A DNA stretch of 64,000 nt from the NCBI GenBank assembly GCA_010909165.1, contig MU008157.1:744001-808000 (forward strand), written 5' to 3'. Positions 1 to 9,600 of this stretch are shown one piece after another. The first letter of the stretch is position 1; the number at the start of each line of letters is the position of its first letter. The stretch comes from Anthoceros angustus (lineage: Eukaryota > Plantae > Anthocerotophyta). The notes beneath the pieces were generated by a model, which was given only the letters and a program-made list of their open reading frames with translations, did not search any database and was not told the origin of the DNA. The position numbers and the translations under genes were made by a program.

Positions 1-313
1 ACTACGCCAAGTGCTGGAGACAGGAACGGCGGATGCATCCATTGACAGACAGGCCCCTGTTACAGCTCTGGCTGATGCTGAATGTGAGGCATACCCACCT
101 CCGTGCTTGGGACAGCCGGAGTTGTTCCCGACGGTGGGACAGGCTCCCTTGCCGGGACAGTTGGGGGTGCTTCCTCTCCAGGGCAGTCGAGGGGTGTACT
201 CCACTCAACGAGCTTCTCCAAACCAAGGTCACCCCGGATTCAGCCAACCAATCGGTTGTCGGCCAGAGTTTCCAATACCATGGTGGACAACAGGAAGGGA
301 CACGTGCTGATCA

Positions 314-640
314 ATGGGTATGCTCAAGCTCGTCCTCCTTGATACAGGTGCGCAGCCGGTGATCATTGGCAAGACACTGGCAGCCAGATTGCACCTAAGT
401 GGTCCAGCCTTGCGTCGTTCACCTGGAACATCCGGACAGCATCAGGTTCCTTGGAACCGGTGTGTGGAGAAACATTGGCGCCGGTATCTATCACGTTGAA
501 GCCTGGAGCGGATGCTGCCATGACATTGGCTCTTCATTGCCTTGTCACAACGGCAACCAACTCGACATACTCCTTGGACAGGAGTTCCTGTTTCCACCAG
601 GTGTCAGCGTGGATAACTGGATTGAGCAAGCTGCCTATCG
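314..640 (+). pseudogene. Retroviral-type aspartic protease domain (copy 1; a second copy lies at ~1,660-1,990)
   Basis: ORF 314..499 KLVLLDTGAQPVIIGKTLA has the D-T-G active site. A second frame continues DILLGQEFL..GVSVD (ILG-type motif). Confidence 0.8.
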
Positions 641-1065
641 CCCTGATTGGAGGAATGGAGGACAGCGCATTGCTTACATTCCATTGGACTTGCATGGCAG
701 TATCGACGTGGGCGCTGTCACCTTGGTTACGCCACAGGTGCTGATGGCCACTCTACAATCAGACCCAGCGCCTTGGGACTCCACAGTCCCGTAGCCGAGA
801 TTGTCTCAGTGGCTGTCCACGGCTCCTCGATACATGGAAGATTTGCTGGAGCCAGACCTCAGGATGACCATGGGACAGCCACCAGTCTGTCGGCTGCCAC
901 ATGCCTTCGAGATGTCCTCCTGGACAGTGAGGGTGCTGATTCTTTGCAGCTCCTCACTCCACAAGTGCAGCAAGCGCTGCAGCAGCTACAGCCACCGCCG
1001 AATGTCCACGTTTCGTCTGGTGTCATTGACAAGTCTGTCATCACCTGGACACCACGGGCACCGGG

Positions 1066-1498
1066 CATTACAATGCTGGAACTGTTCGGAGGATTGTGCA
1101 CAGGCCTGGAAGCTCTACTTCAGAATGGGCTAGTAGTCATGCGCTATATCTACTGCGACTCCTGTCCCGCAACCCGGCACATCGCTGAGTACAGGCTTCA
1201 AGGGCTGCAGCAGCGTTTTCCGCTCAATTGCCTGCCACGGCAACTGTCAGCACCTTTACAGCCTTCCTCAGGACATCCGGTACATACAGCCCGGCATGTT
1301 CAGCTACTCACCCCATCGACGTGGTGGTGGCAGGATGGGAGTGCCAAGGCTTCTCCCAAGCTGGCACAGGGCAGGTTTGCAGGACCCCCGCTCTGTTTTG
1401 GGACTTGCAGCGTGTTCTCACCTGGGTCCAGGAGTTCAACCCAGGGTGCGCTTATGTTCTGGAGAACACACCGCTCAGCTGGATACTCGGCTGTCGGT
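1066..1498 (+). pseudogene. Partial duplicate of the retrotransposon C5 DNA methyltransferase (motifs I, IV, VI only)
   Basis: ITMLELFGGLCTG (motif I), IDVVVAGWECQGFSQAG (motif IV), YVLENT (motif VI); cut at the duplication junction 1,499-1,507. Confidence 0.8.
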
Positions 1499-2407
1499 GC
1501 CGGGACAGTTGTGCTTCCTCCAGGGCAGTCGAGGTGTACTCCACTCAACGAGCTTCTCCAAACCAAGGTCACCCCGATTCAGCCAACCAATCGGTTGTCG
1601 GAGTTTCCAATACCATGGTGGACAACAGGAAGGGACACGTGCTGATCAATGGGTATGCTCAAGCTCGTCCTCCTTGATACAGGTGCGCAGTGATCATTGG
1701 CAAGACACTGGCAGCCAGATTGCACCTAAGTGGTCCAGCCTTGCGTCGTTCACCTGGAACATCCGGACAGCATCAGGTTCCTTGGAACCGGTGTGTGGAG
1801 AAACATTGGCGCCGGTATCTATCACGTTGAAGCCTGGAACGGATGCTGCCATGACATTGGCTCTTCATTGCCTTGTCACAACGGCAACCAACTACGACAT
1901 ACTCCTTGGACAGGAGTTCCTGTTTCCACCAGGTGTCAGCGTGGATAACTGGATTGAGCAAGCTGCCTATCGCCCTGATTGGAGGAATGGAGGACAGCGC
2001 ATTGCTTACATTCCATTGGACTTGCATGGCAGTATCGACGTGGACGCTGTCACCTTGGTTACGCCACAGGTGCTGATGGCCACTCTACAATCAGACCCAG
2101 CGCTTTGGGACTCCCACAGTCCCGGTAGCCCGAGATTGTCTCAGCGGCTGTCCACGGCTCCTCGATACATGGAAGATTTGCTGGAGCCAGACCTCAGGAT
2201 GACCATGGGACAGCCACCAGCCTGTCAGTTGCCACATGCCTTCGAGATGTCCTCCTGGACAGCGAGGGCGCTGATTCTTTGCAGCTCCTCACTCCACAAG
2301 TACAGCAAGTGCTGCAGCAGCTACAGCCACCGCCGAGTGTCCACCTTTCGTCCGGTGTCATTGACAAGTCTGTCATCACCTGGACACCACGGGCACCGGG
2401 CATTACA

Positions 2408-3340
2408 ATGCTGGAACTGTTCGGAGGATTGTGCACAGGCCTGGAAGCTCTACTTCAGAATGGGCTAGTAGTCATGCGCTATATCTACTGCGACTCCTGT
2501 CCCGCAACCCGGCACATCGCTGAGTACAGGCTCCAAGGGCTGCAGCAGCGTTTTCCCGCTCAATTGCCTGCCACGGCAACTGTCAGCACCTTTACAGCCT
2601 TCCCTCAGGACATCCGGTACATACAGCCCCGGCATGTTCAGCTACTCACCCCCATCGACGTGGTGGTGGCAGGATGGGAGTGCCAAGGCTTCTCCCAAGC
2701 TGGCACAGGGGCAGGTTTGCAGGACCCCCACACCGCTCTGTTTTGGGACTTGCAGCGTGTTCTCACCTGGGTCCAGGAGTTTAACCCAGGGTGCGCTTAT
2801 GTTCTGGAGAACACACCGCTCAGCTGGATACTCGGCTGTCGGTGCGCCGGGACATGACGGTTGTTCAGCATCATGTGGGCACACCTCTTTTGCTGGATGC
2901 GGTACAGGTGGGCAGTTTCGCTCATCGGCTACGCAACTATTGGACCAATTTGGCTCACCAGCCTTTGCTGGACTTGGTCCTGTCCCGGACTACTCGGGAC
3001 CCCACTCTCCGTTGGCCACAGTCCTGGAATCTCACCACCAGACCAGGCCAGTGCGGGCAACGGAGAAGCCGCCTTGGTACCCTACCAATGTCCCGGGACA
3101 GCCCCGGCAAACTTTGCCTACCTTGGTGAGCTTTCCCAACTCCTATGCGTATAGGGGCCAAGGGACAGGCTTGCTTCTCAACACCAATACTCGGGATTGG
3201 GAGGAGCCCACTGTGGAGGAGCGGGAGCGCATCATGGGATTTCACACCCACACCACTGCAGCTCCACAGGCCACTGTCCGCCAGCGCTTTGCCGCTTTAG
3301 GCAGAGCTATGGATCTCACAGCTCTGACCTGGCTTGTGAG
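2408..3340 (+). pseudogene. C5 cytosine DNA methyltransferase domain (DNMT3-like) inside Gypsy pol, between protease and RT
   Basis: Motif I ELFGG (2,414-2,428). Motif IV DVVVAGWECQGFS with Cys codon 2,681-2,683. Motif VI ENT (2,807-2,815). Motif VIII AHRLRNYWTN. Motifs IX/X EPTVEERERIMGF...QRFAALGRAMD (~3,205-3,314). Two small frameshifts (~2,817, ~3,010). The C-terminal part shares ORF 2634..4616 with RT. Confidence 0.88.
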
Positions 3341-3605
3341 TGCTTGCCTTGCTTTTCAGCTCCTGTCCCGATCCGGAACACTCGATGGAGTTGCGCATCC
3401 TGGGCACACCTGCACTGCTGATGCTGTGCATTTGCCCTTCCCTGGCTACACCACCTGGTCTTATTGGCTGGATGCAGGGGGGGGAGAGCATGAGGCATGG
3501 GCGCCCATGAATGTTTTTTCAGCATCCAGCCCTGGTGGTGGCTGGAGTCCCGATGGCGCGTACAGTCCCAAGGGCGGAGACAAGCCACCAGCACCTAGGC
3601 TCAAG

Positions 3606-4560
3606 CTATGTGCTGAGACTTTTCCATGGACCATGGGACCCAAGCTTAGCGCTGGACAGCAGGCAGCCCTGCGCGCCTTGATACTTCGGTACAAGGACTG
3701 TTTCGCTTTCTCCATGAAGGAGCTGAAGCGCTGCAATGTGGCCATTTTTCACATCAATCTGACCAGCAAGGAGCCCATTTACCGGCGACGTTACAGGCTC
3801 AGCAGGACAGAGTGGGACATGGTGGATGCACGCTGTCAAGAACTGCTGGAAGCCGGGCTCATCCGTCCTTCACACTCGGACTATGCCGCTGCCACGGTCA
3901 TGCCACCTAAGAAGGACAGCAATGGCCTATGGACAGAGAAGCGGATGTGTGGGGACTACCGTCCCATCAATGCTGTCACCGCCCAGGATCGGTACCCAAT
4001 GCCGACCCCCGAGGAGATTTTCGACAGCATTGGCAACTCAACCTTCTTCTCCATACTCGACCTCCGGCAAGGCTTTAACCAGGTTCCAGTGGCTGAGGAG
4101 GACATCAAGAAGACCGCTTTCCATGGTTCTCAGCAGCTGTGGGAGTGGCTGGTTATGCCTTTTGGTTTCAAGAATGCACCAGTCACTTTTCAGCGCGTCA
4201 TGGACATAGTGCTTGCGGGGTCTGCCAACTTGGTGTGTTACATTGACGATGTGCTTGTTCACAGCGTGGACTTTGAGTCACATCTGGTCCACCTGGAGGA
4301 CCTGTTTCAGCGCTTGAGAAAAGCACAGCTGACATGCCACCCGGCTAAGTGTGAATTCGGCAATGATACCGTTGCGTATCTTGGACACCGAATCGTGCCC
4401 AAAGGGGTGATGCCACACTCAGCCAAGGTGCAGGCCATCTTGCAGGTCAAGGAGCCTACAAATGTGTCGGCGCTGCGGGCCTTCTTGGGACTATGTAATT
4501 ACTACCGAGTCTACATCCAAGGTTTTAGCGGATTGCCAAGCCCCTCAACGACTTGCTACG
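3606..4560 (+). pseudogene. Reverse transcriptase domain (Gypsy type)
   Basis: ORF 2634..4616: PIYRRRYRLS, LIRPSHSDYAAATVMPPKKD, RMCGDYRPIN, LDLRQGFNQ, MPFGFKNAPVTFQR, YIDD at 4,239-4,250, YLGH. Confidence 0.95.
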
Positions 4561-4966
4561 CAAGGACGTCATTTGGAGCTGGACAGAGGACAAACAGCAG
4601 GCCTTCGATTTGCTGAAGGCTCGGCTGACCGAAGCTCCTGTCATGGCTAGGCCTGATTTTGAGAAGCCGTTCGTCGTGCACACCGACTGGAGCATTTTGG
4701 GGCTTGGAGCCGTGCTGGCTCAGCTAGATGAGGAAGGACAGGAGAGGGTGATTGCCTATGCCTCTCGCAGCAACAATCGGGCTGAAGCAAATTACAGCAG
4801 TTACCAAGGGGAATGCTTAGCGGCCGTGTGGGCAGTTTGCCATTTCCGGCCCTACCTCTATGGTAAACCCTTCACGCTGGTCACTGACCATCAGCCTCTC
4901 AAGTGGCTGACTCACCAAGCTCAGCGGGAAGCTGGCCAGGTGGGCCATGATTCTACAAGATTATGA
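4553..4966 (+). pseudogene. RNase H domain of Gypsy pol
   Basis: RPDFEKPFVVHTDWSILGLGAVLAQ...VIAYASRSNNRAEANYSSYQGECLAAVWAV..FRPYLYG..FTLVTDHQPLKWL. Confidence 0.92.
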
Positions 4967-6250
4967 GTTTCAAGTTGTCCACCGGCCGGGAATCAAACAC
5001 CAGAATGCCGACATGCTGTCCCGGAATCCCAGTGACAGTTGTGAGGATGCAACTGAAGCAAGGCAAGATGCTGATCCCAGCGACGCTGATATTTTCAGCA
5101 GCGCTGCGCTGGTGGCCATGAGCTGTCTTGGACAGTTGGAGGTGGGCAGTGGAGACAAACGGCCCAAGGATGTGTGGGAGGATTCCCACTTGCTGACCTT
5201 CTTGCAGACTGGACAGTTGAATCCGGCCATGGATACAGCTGAGCAGAAGCGAGTACAGCAGCGAGCACCTCTCTACTACTGGCGAGATGGTCAGCTGCTA
5301 CGAAAGCTGCCAAATGGAGTGGAGCGTCTTGTCCCACCGCCGGCTGACCGGGAGCAGCTGATCCATCGAGTGCACAATGACATGGGGCACTTTGGAGTCA
5401 AGCGCACTTACAGCCTGTTGGTGCCTCATTTCTATTGGTACGGTATGCACGCTCAAGTCAAGCAACAGGTGGCCTGCTGCGAGGAATGTGACAGGGTGAA
5501 GACGTCCTTCACCATGCAGCACCCCCAACTCCACCCATTGCCGATCATGGGGCTGTTTTTCAGATGGTCGTGTGATTTGATAGGGGAGTTACCCAGAACA
5601 CCCCGCGGGAATGTATACATCCTTGTCATGATGGAGCATTTCTCCAAGTGGGTAGAGGTGGTGGCGCTGCCCGACAAGACCTCGCGTAGCACAGCGCAAG
5701 CCTTCCTACAGAATGTGCTGGGACGATTCGGCAGTTGCGCCGAGTGTTTGACAGACCAAGGTTCAGAGTTCAGGGGGGAGTTTTAGGATCTGCTGGACGC
5801 AGCCCTCATTGATCACCGCCGAACCAGTCGGGACCACCCTCAAGCTGATGGTTTGGCAGAGCGGATGGTTCAGACCATCAAGAAGGGGCTCAGGAAACTC
5901 TGTCTGCAGTTGCCCAAGACCGAGTGGGATCTGTCACTCCCATATATTGCCATGGGATACCGTATGAGCAAGCATGCCGCGCTCGCTCACTTCAGCCCCT
6001 ACTTTCTGCTGTTTGGAAGGGAGCCACTGCCCCCTAGTTCCATTGCCAAGCAAATGTACGAGGTGGTGGACTTGGATGACCCAGCAGTGTGGGCTTGAGT
6101 CATTGGACAGCGGGCTGCTCTCTTTTCAAGCAATGCCTATGGCCATGGCCAATTTGCGCATTGCTCAGCATCGAGACACCCTCCGCTATGCCCACACTCG
6201 AAGTGGTAGTTTTCGCCCAAGCTAAAGAGATTTCAGGTGGGGACTTCATC
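4947..6250 (+). pseudogene. DDE integrase with HHCC zinc finger and GPY/F-like module, interrupted by stops
   Basis: HNDMGHFG...CEEC zinc finger; WSCDLIG, LTDQGSEF, HPQADGLAERM core; SPYFLLFGREP. TAG at 5,784-5,786 and TGA at 6,096-6,098 (CGA in the duplicate at 7,248-7,250). Confidence 0.92.
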
Positions 6251-6456
6251 TACTTACAAAGGCAAACCCAGGATACCTTGGACACCACCAGCAGCCGCCA
6301 TGTGCTACGGGTCAAGGAGGTTAGACCCAATGGGGTCCTGTTGTTGCAAGGAGCTGATGGGCGCACAACCACCGACCACACGAAGAATTGTGCGCCCTGC
6401 CACCTCCCAAATCTTGATCCCACCATTGTCACCGCCGATTGGATTCCTCCAGCAGA

Positions 6457-6603
6457 TTACCCATGTCAAGTATGCCAGCGCATCGATGATTCAGACTTGA
6501 TGCTGCTGTGCGATGGCTGAAACGGAGGATACCATCTGTTCTGCTTGACTCCACCCCTGTCCGAGGTGCCCGACCAGTTGTGGTACTGCCCCCGTTGTGC
6601 GTC
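6457..6603 (+). pseudogene. PHD finger (C4HC3) at the integrase C-terminus; second copy at ~7,608-7,752
   Basis: YPCQVCQRIDDSDLMLLCDG(*)NGGYHLFCLTPPLSEVPDQLWYCPRC. The stop at 6,518-6,520 is TGT (Cys) in the duplicate, which restores C4HC3 spacing. Confidence 0.88.
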
Positions 6604-6649
6604 AACACCTGCTACAGTGGGCACTTATCATCCAGACCCAAACAGCTGG

Positions 6650-9600
6650 GGAACAAGAGAACTCTGTTTTTGATGCGGGACTGGCACAATTGGCAGTCCA
6701 TGGTGAGAAGGAGAACCTCAACGCTGCTAATGTGGTGACAGGGCAGCCATCCTCGGGACAGTCCCAAGCGCAGCCACAGCCGGGATAGTCCCAAGGGCAG
6801 CCATACTCGGGACAGTCCCAAGCGCGGATACAGCCGGGACAGTCCCAAGTGCAGCCATACTCGGGACAGTCCCAAGCGCAGCCACAGCCGGGACAGTCCC
6901 AGTACCAAGCATACTCGGGACACCTTGACCTCGCACGACAGCTGTCGTGCAAAAAACAGCTTAGAGACAGCGGATGTGTAGGGTGACTAGAGGTGGGCTC
7001 AGTCCCGGCGTCCCGGGACTCTCCCAGTCCCAGCGTCCGGGACTCACTCAGGAAACTCTGTCTACAGTTGCCCAAGACCGAGTGGGATCTGTCACTCCCA
7101 TATATTGCCATGGGATACCGTATGAGCAAGCATGCCGCTCACTTCAGCCCCTACTTTCTGCTGTTTGGAAGGGAGCCACTGCCCCCTAGTTCCATTGCCA
7201 AGCAAATGTACGAGGTGGTGGACTTGGATGACCCAGCAGTGTGGGCTCGAGTCATTGGACAGCGGGCTGCTCTCTTTCGCCAAGCAATGCCTATGGCCAT
7301 GGCCAATTTGCGCATTGCTCAGCATCGAGACACCCTCCGCTATGCCCACACTCGAAGTGGTAGTTTTCGCCCCAAGCTAAAGAGATTTCAGGTGGGGACT
7401 TCATCTACTTACAAAGGCAAACCAGGATACCTTGGACACCACCAGCAGCCGCCATGTGCTACGGGTCAAGGAGGTTAGACCCAATGGGGTCCTGTTGTTG
7501 CAAGGAGCTGATGGGCGCACAACCACTGACCACACGAAGAATTGTGCGCCTGCCACCTCCCAAATCTTGATCCCACCATTGTCACCGATTGGATTCCTCC
7601 AGCAGATTACCCATGTCAAGTATGCCAGCGCATCGATGATTCAGACTTGATGCTGCTGTCACGATGGCTGTAACGGAGGATACCATCTGTTCTGCTTGAC
7701 TCCACCCTGTCCGAGGTGCCCGACCAGTTGTGGTACTGCCCCGTTGTGCGTCAACACCTGCTACAGTGGGCACTTATTATCCAGACCCAAACAGCTGGGG
7801 AACAAGAGAACTCTGTTTTTGATGCGGGACTAGCGCAATTAGCATCCATGGTGAGAAGGAGAACCTCAACGCTGCTAATGTGGTGACAGGCCATCCTCGG
7901 ACAGTCCCAAGCGCCACAGCCGGATAGTCCCAAGGGCAGCCATACCGGGACAGTCCCAAGCGCGGATACAGCCGGGACAGTCCCAAGTGCAGCCATACTT
8001 GGGACAGTCCCAAGCGCAGCCACAGCCGGGACAGTCCCAGTACCAAGTATACTCGGGACACCTTGACCTCGCACGACAGCTATCGTGCAAACAACAGCTT
8101 AGAGTCAGCGGATGTGTAGGGTGACTAGAGGTGGGCTCAGTCCCGGCGTCCCGGGACTCTCCCAGTCCCGACGTCCGGGACTCTCCCAGTCCCGACGTCC
8201 CGGGACTCACTCAGGCCCAACGTCCCGGGACACTCTCAGTCCGAGCAACTTGAGGCTGTCTTAGGACCTACTACTTACTTACCTTAGCCATATTTTCCTT
8301 TTGTTGAGATAGGCTAGGGATATTTGCTTGAAGGGTATATATATTTGACCAACCAAACTAACACATTCCCATTTGTTTTCAGGTGTGCTTAGTTAGGGTT
8401 TGTTTCATTAACAACACCTAGGAGTTGACCTAGGTTGGCCGTAGAGGTACCCTAGAAGTGCTGCAGGTGAAGGACACCCATGATGACTCACACCAAGGGT
8501 GCTGAGGCTGTAGAAATCATGGGCAAGCAAGGGACCAACTGCCAAGTGAATCTGAGCGTGGAGATTGAGATGGACGCTGGACAAAAGGAGGAGGGCGCCC
8601 ATTGTAGGTGTTGTTGAAGTCGTGAGAGCGCTGTAAGGAGAAAGAAGCATTGCAATTTCTGGGAATTTTGGTGTGTGGAATGTGTTGATGTTTTCCTTGG
8701 GATCGAACTTGGGAGGGCGATCCAGCGTGTGGCGCGATTTCAGACGCCAGCCTCACAATCGTGTGAGGCCCGCTATTCAATGATCTTTGTTCAACAGCAG
8801 TGCGATTTTTTGGGAACAAGAGAACTCTGTTTTTGATGCGGGGCACAATTAGCGATCCATGGTGAGAAGGAGAACCTCAACGCTGCTAATGTGGTGACAG
8901 GGCAGCCATCCTCGGACAGTCCCAAGCGCAGCCACAGCCGGATAGTCCTAAGGGCAGCCATACTGGACAGTCCCAAGCGGATACAGCCGGACAGTCCCAA
9001 GTGCAGCCATACTGGACAGTCCCAAGCGCCACAGCCGACAGTCCCAGTACCAAGCATACTCGGGACACCTTGACTCGCACGACAGCTGTCAAACAACAGC
9101 TTAGAGACAGCGGATGTGTAGGGTGACTAGAGGTGGGCTCAGTTTCGGCGTCCCGGGACTCTCCCAGTCCCGACGTCCCGGGACTCACTCAGGCCCAACG
9201 TCCCAGGACACTCTCAGTCCGACCAACTTGAGGCTGTCTTAGGACCTACTACTTACTTACCTTAGCCATATTTTCCTTTTGTTGAAATAGGCTAGGGATA
9301 TTTGCTTGAAGGGTACATATATATTTGACCAACCAAACTAACACATTCCCATTTGTTTTCAGGTGTGCTTAGTTAGGGTTTGTTTCATTAACAACACCTA
9401 GGAGTTGACCTAGGTTGGCCGTAGAGAGGTACCCTAGAAGTGCTGCAGGTGAAGGACACCCATGATGACTCACACCAAGGGTGCTGAGGCTGTAGAAATC
9501 ATGGGCAAGCAAGGGACCAACTGCCAAGTGAATCTGAGCGTGAGATTGAGATGGACGCTGGACAAAAAGGAGGAGGGCGCCCATTGTAGGTGTTGTTGAA

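Larger units (their letters stand above)
151..2845 (+). repeat. Direct tandem duplication, ~1.35-kb unit x2 (protease + N-terminal half of the MTase)
   Basis: 151-1,498 repeats at 1,499-2,845. The 9-nt GCCGGGACA occurs at 151, 1,499 and 2,846. Confidence 0.9.
1..6650 (+). mobile_element. Ty3/Gypsy LTR retrotransposon internal region (5' end outside window) carrying a C5 DNA methyltransferase domain and a C-terminal PHD finger; degenerate
   Basis: Domains in order: aspartic protease (LLDTGAQPVIIG), C5-MTase motifs, RT (LDLRQGFNQ, YIDD), RNase H (HTDWS, YASR, TDHQPL), integrase (HNDMGH..CEEC, DLIG, TDQGSEF, ADGLAERM, SPYFLLFGREP), PHD. The PR-RT-RH-INT order is Gypsy-type. Frameshifts and stops throughout. 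Confidence 0.93.
5889..8215 (+). repeat. Direct tandem duplication, ~1.16-kb unit x2 (integrase C-terminus + PHD + start of the LTR-like array)
   Basis: 5,889-7,046 repeats at 7,047-8,209. CTCAGG occurs at 5,889, 7,047 and 8,210. Confidence 0.9.

Noticed and set aside
2408-3340. Methyltransferase as bacterial contamination, a restriction-modification gene, or a DIRS-type element
   Set aside because: It is in frame with Gypsy RT and flanked by protease and a DDE integrase. No tyrosine recombinase or restriction enzyme is present, and the motifs are C5-type rather than adenine-MTase type.
6755-6925. 27-bp palindromic repeats as a CRISPR-like array
   Set aside because: The intervening sequences are short, conserved and alternating rather than unique spacers; there are no cas genes and the context is a eukaryotic LTR.
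6597-6985. QPYSGQSQ-repeat peptide as a real protein
   Set aside because: The frame stays open because the repeat period is 27 nt. It has an internal TAG (6,786) and is frameshifted differently in each unit.
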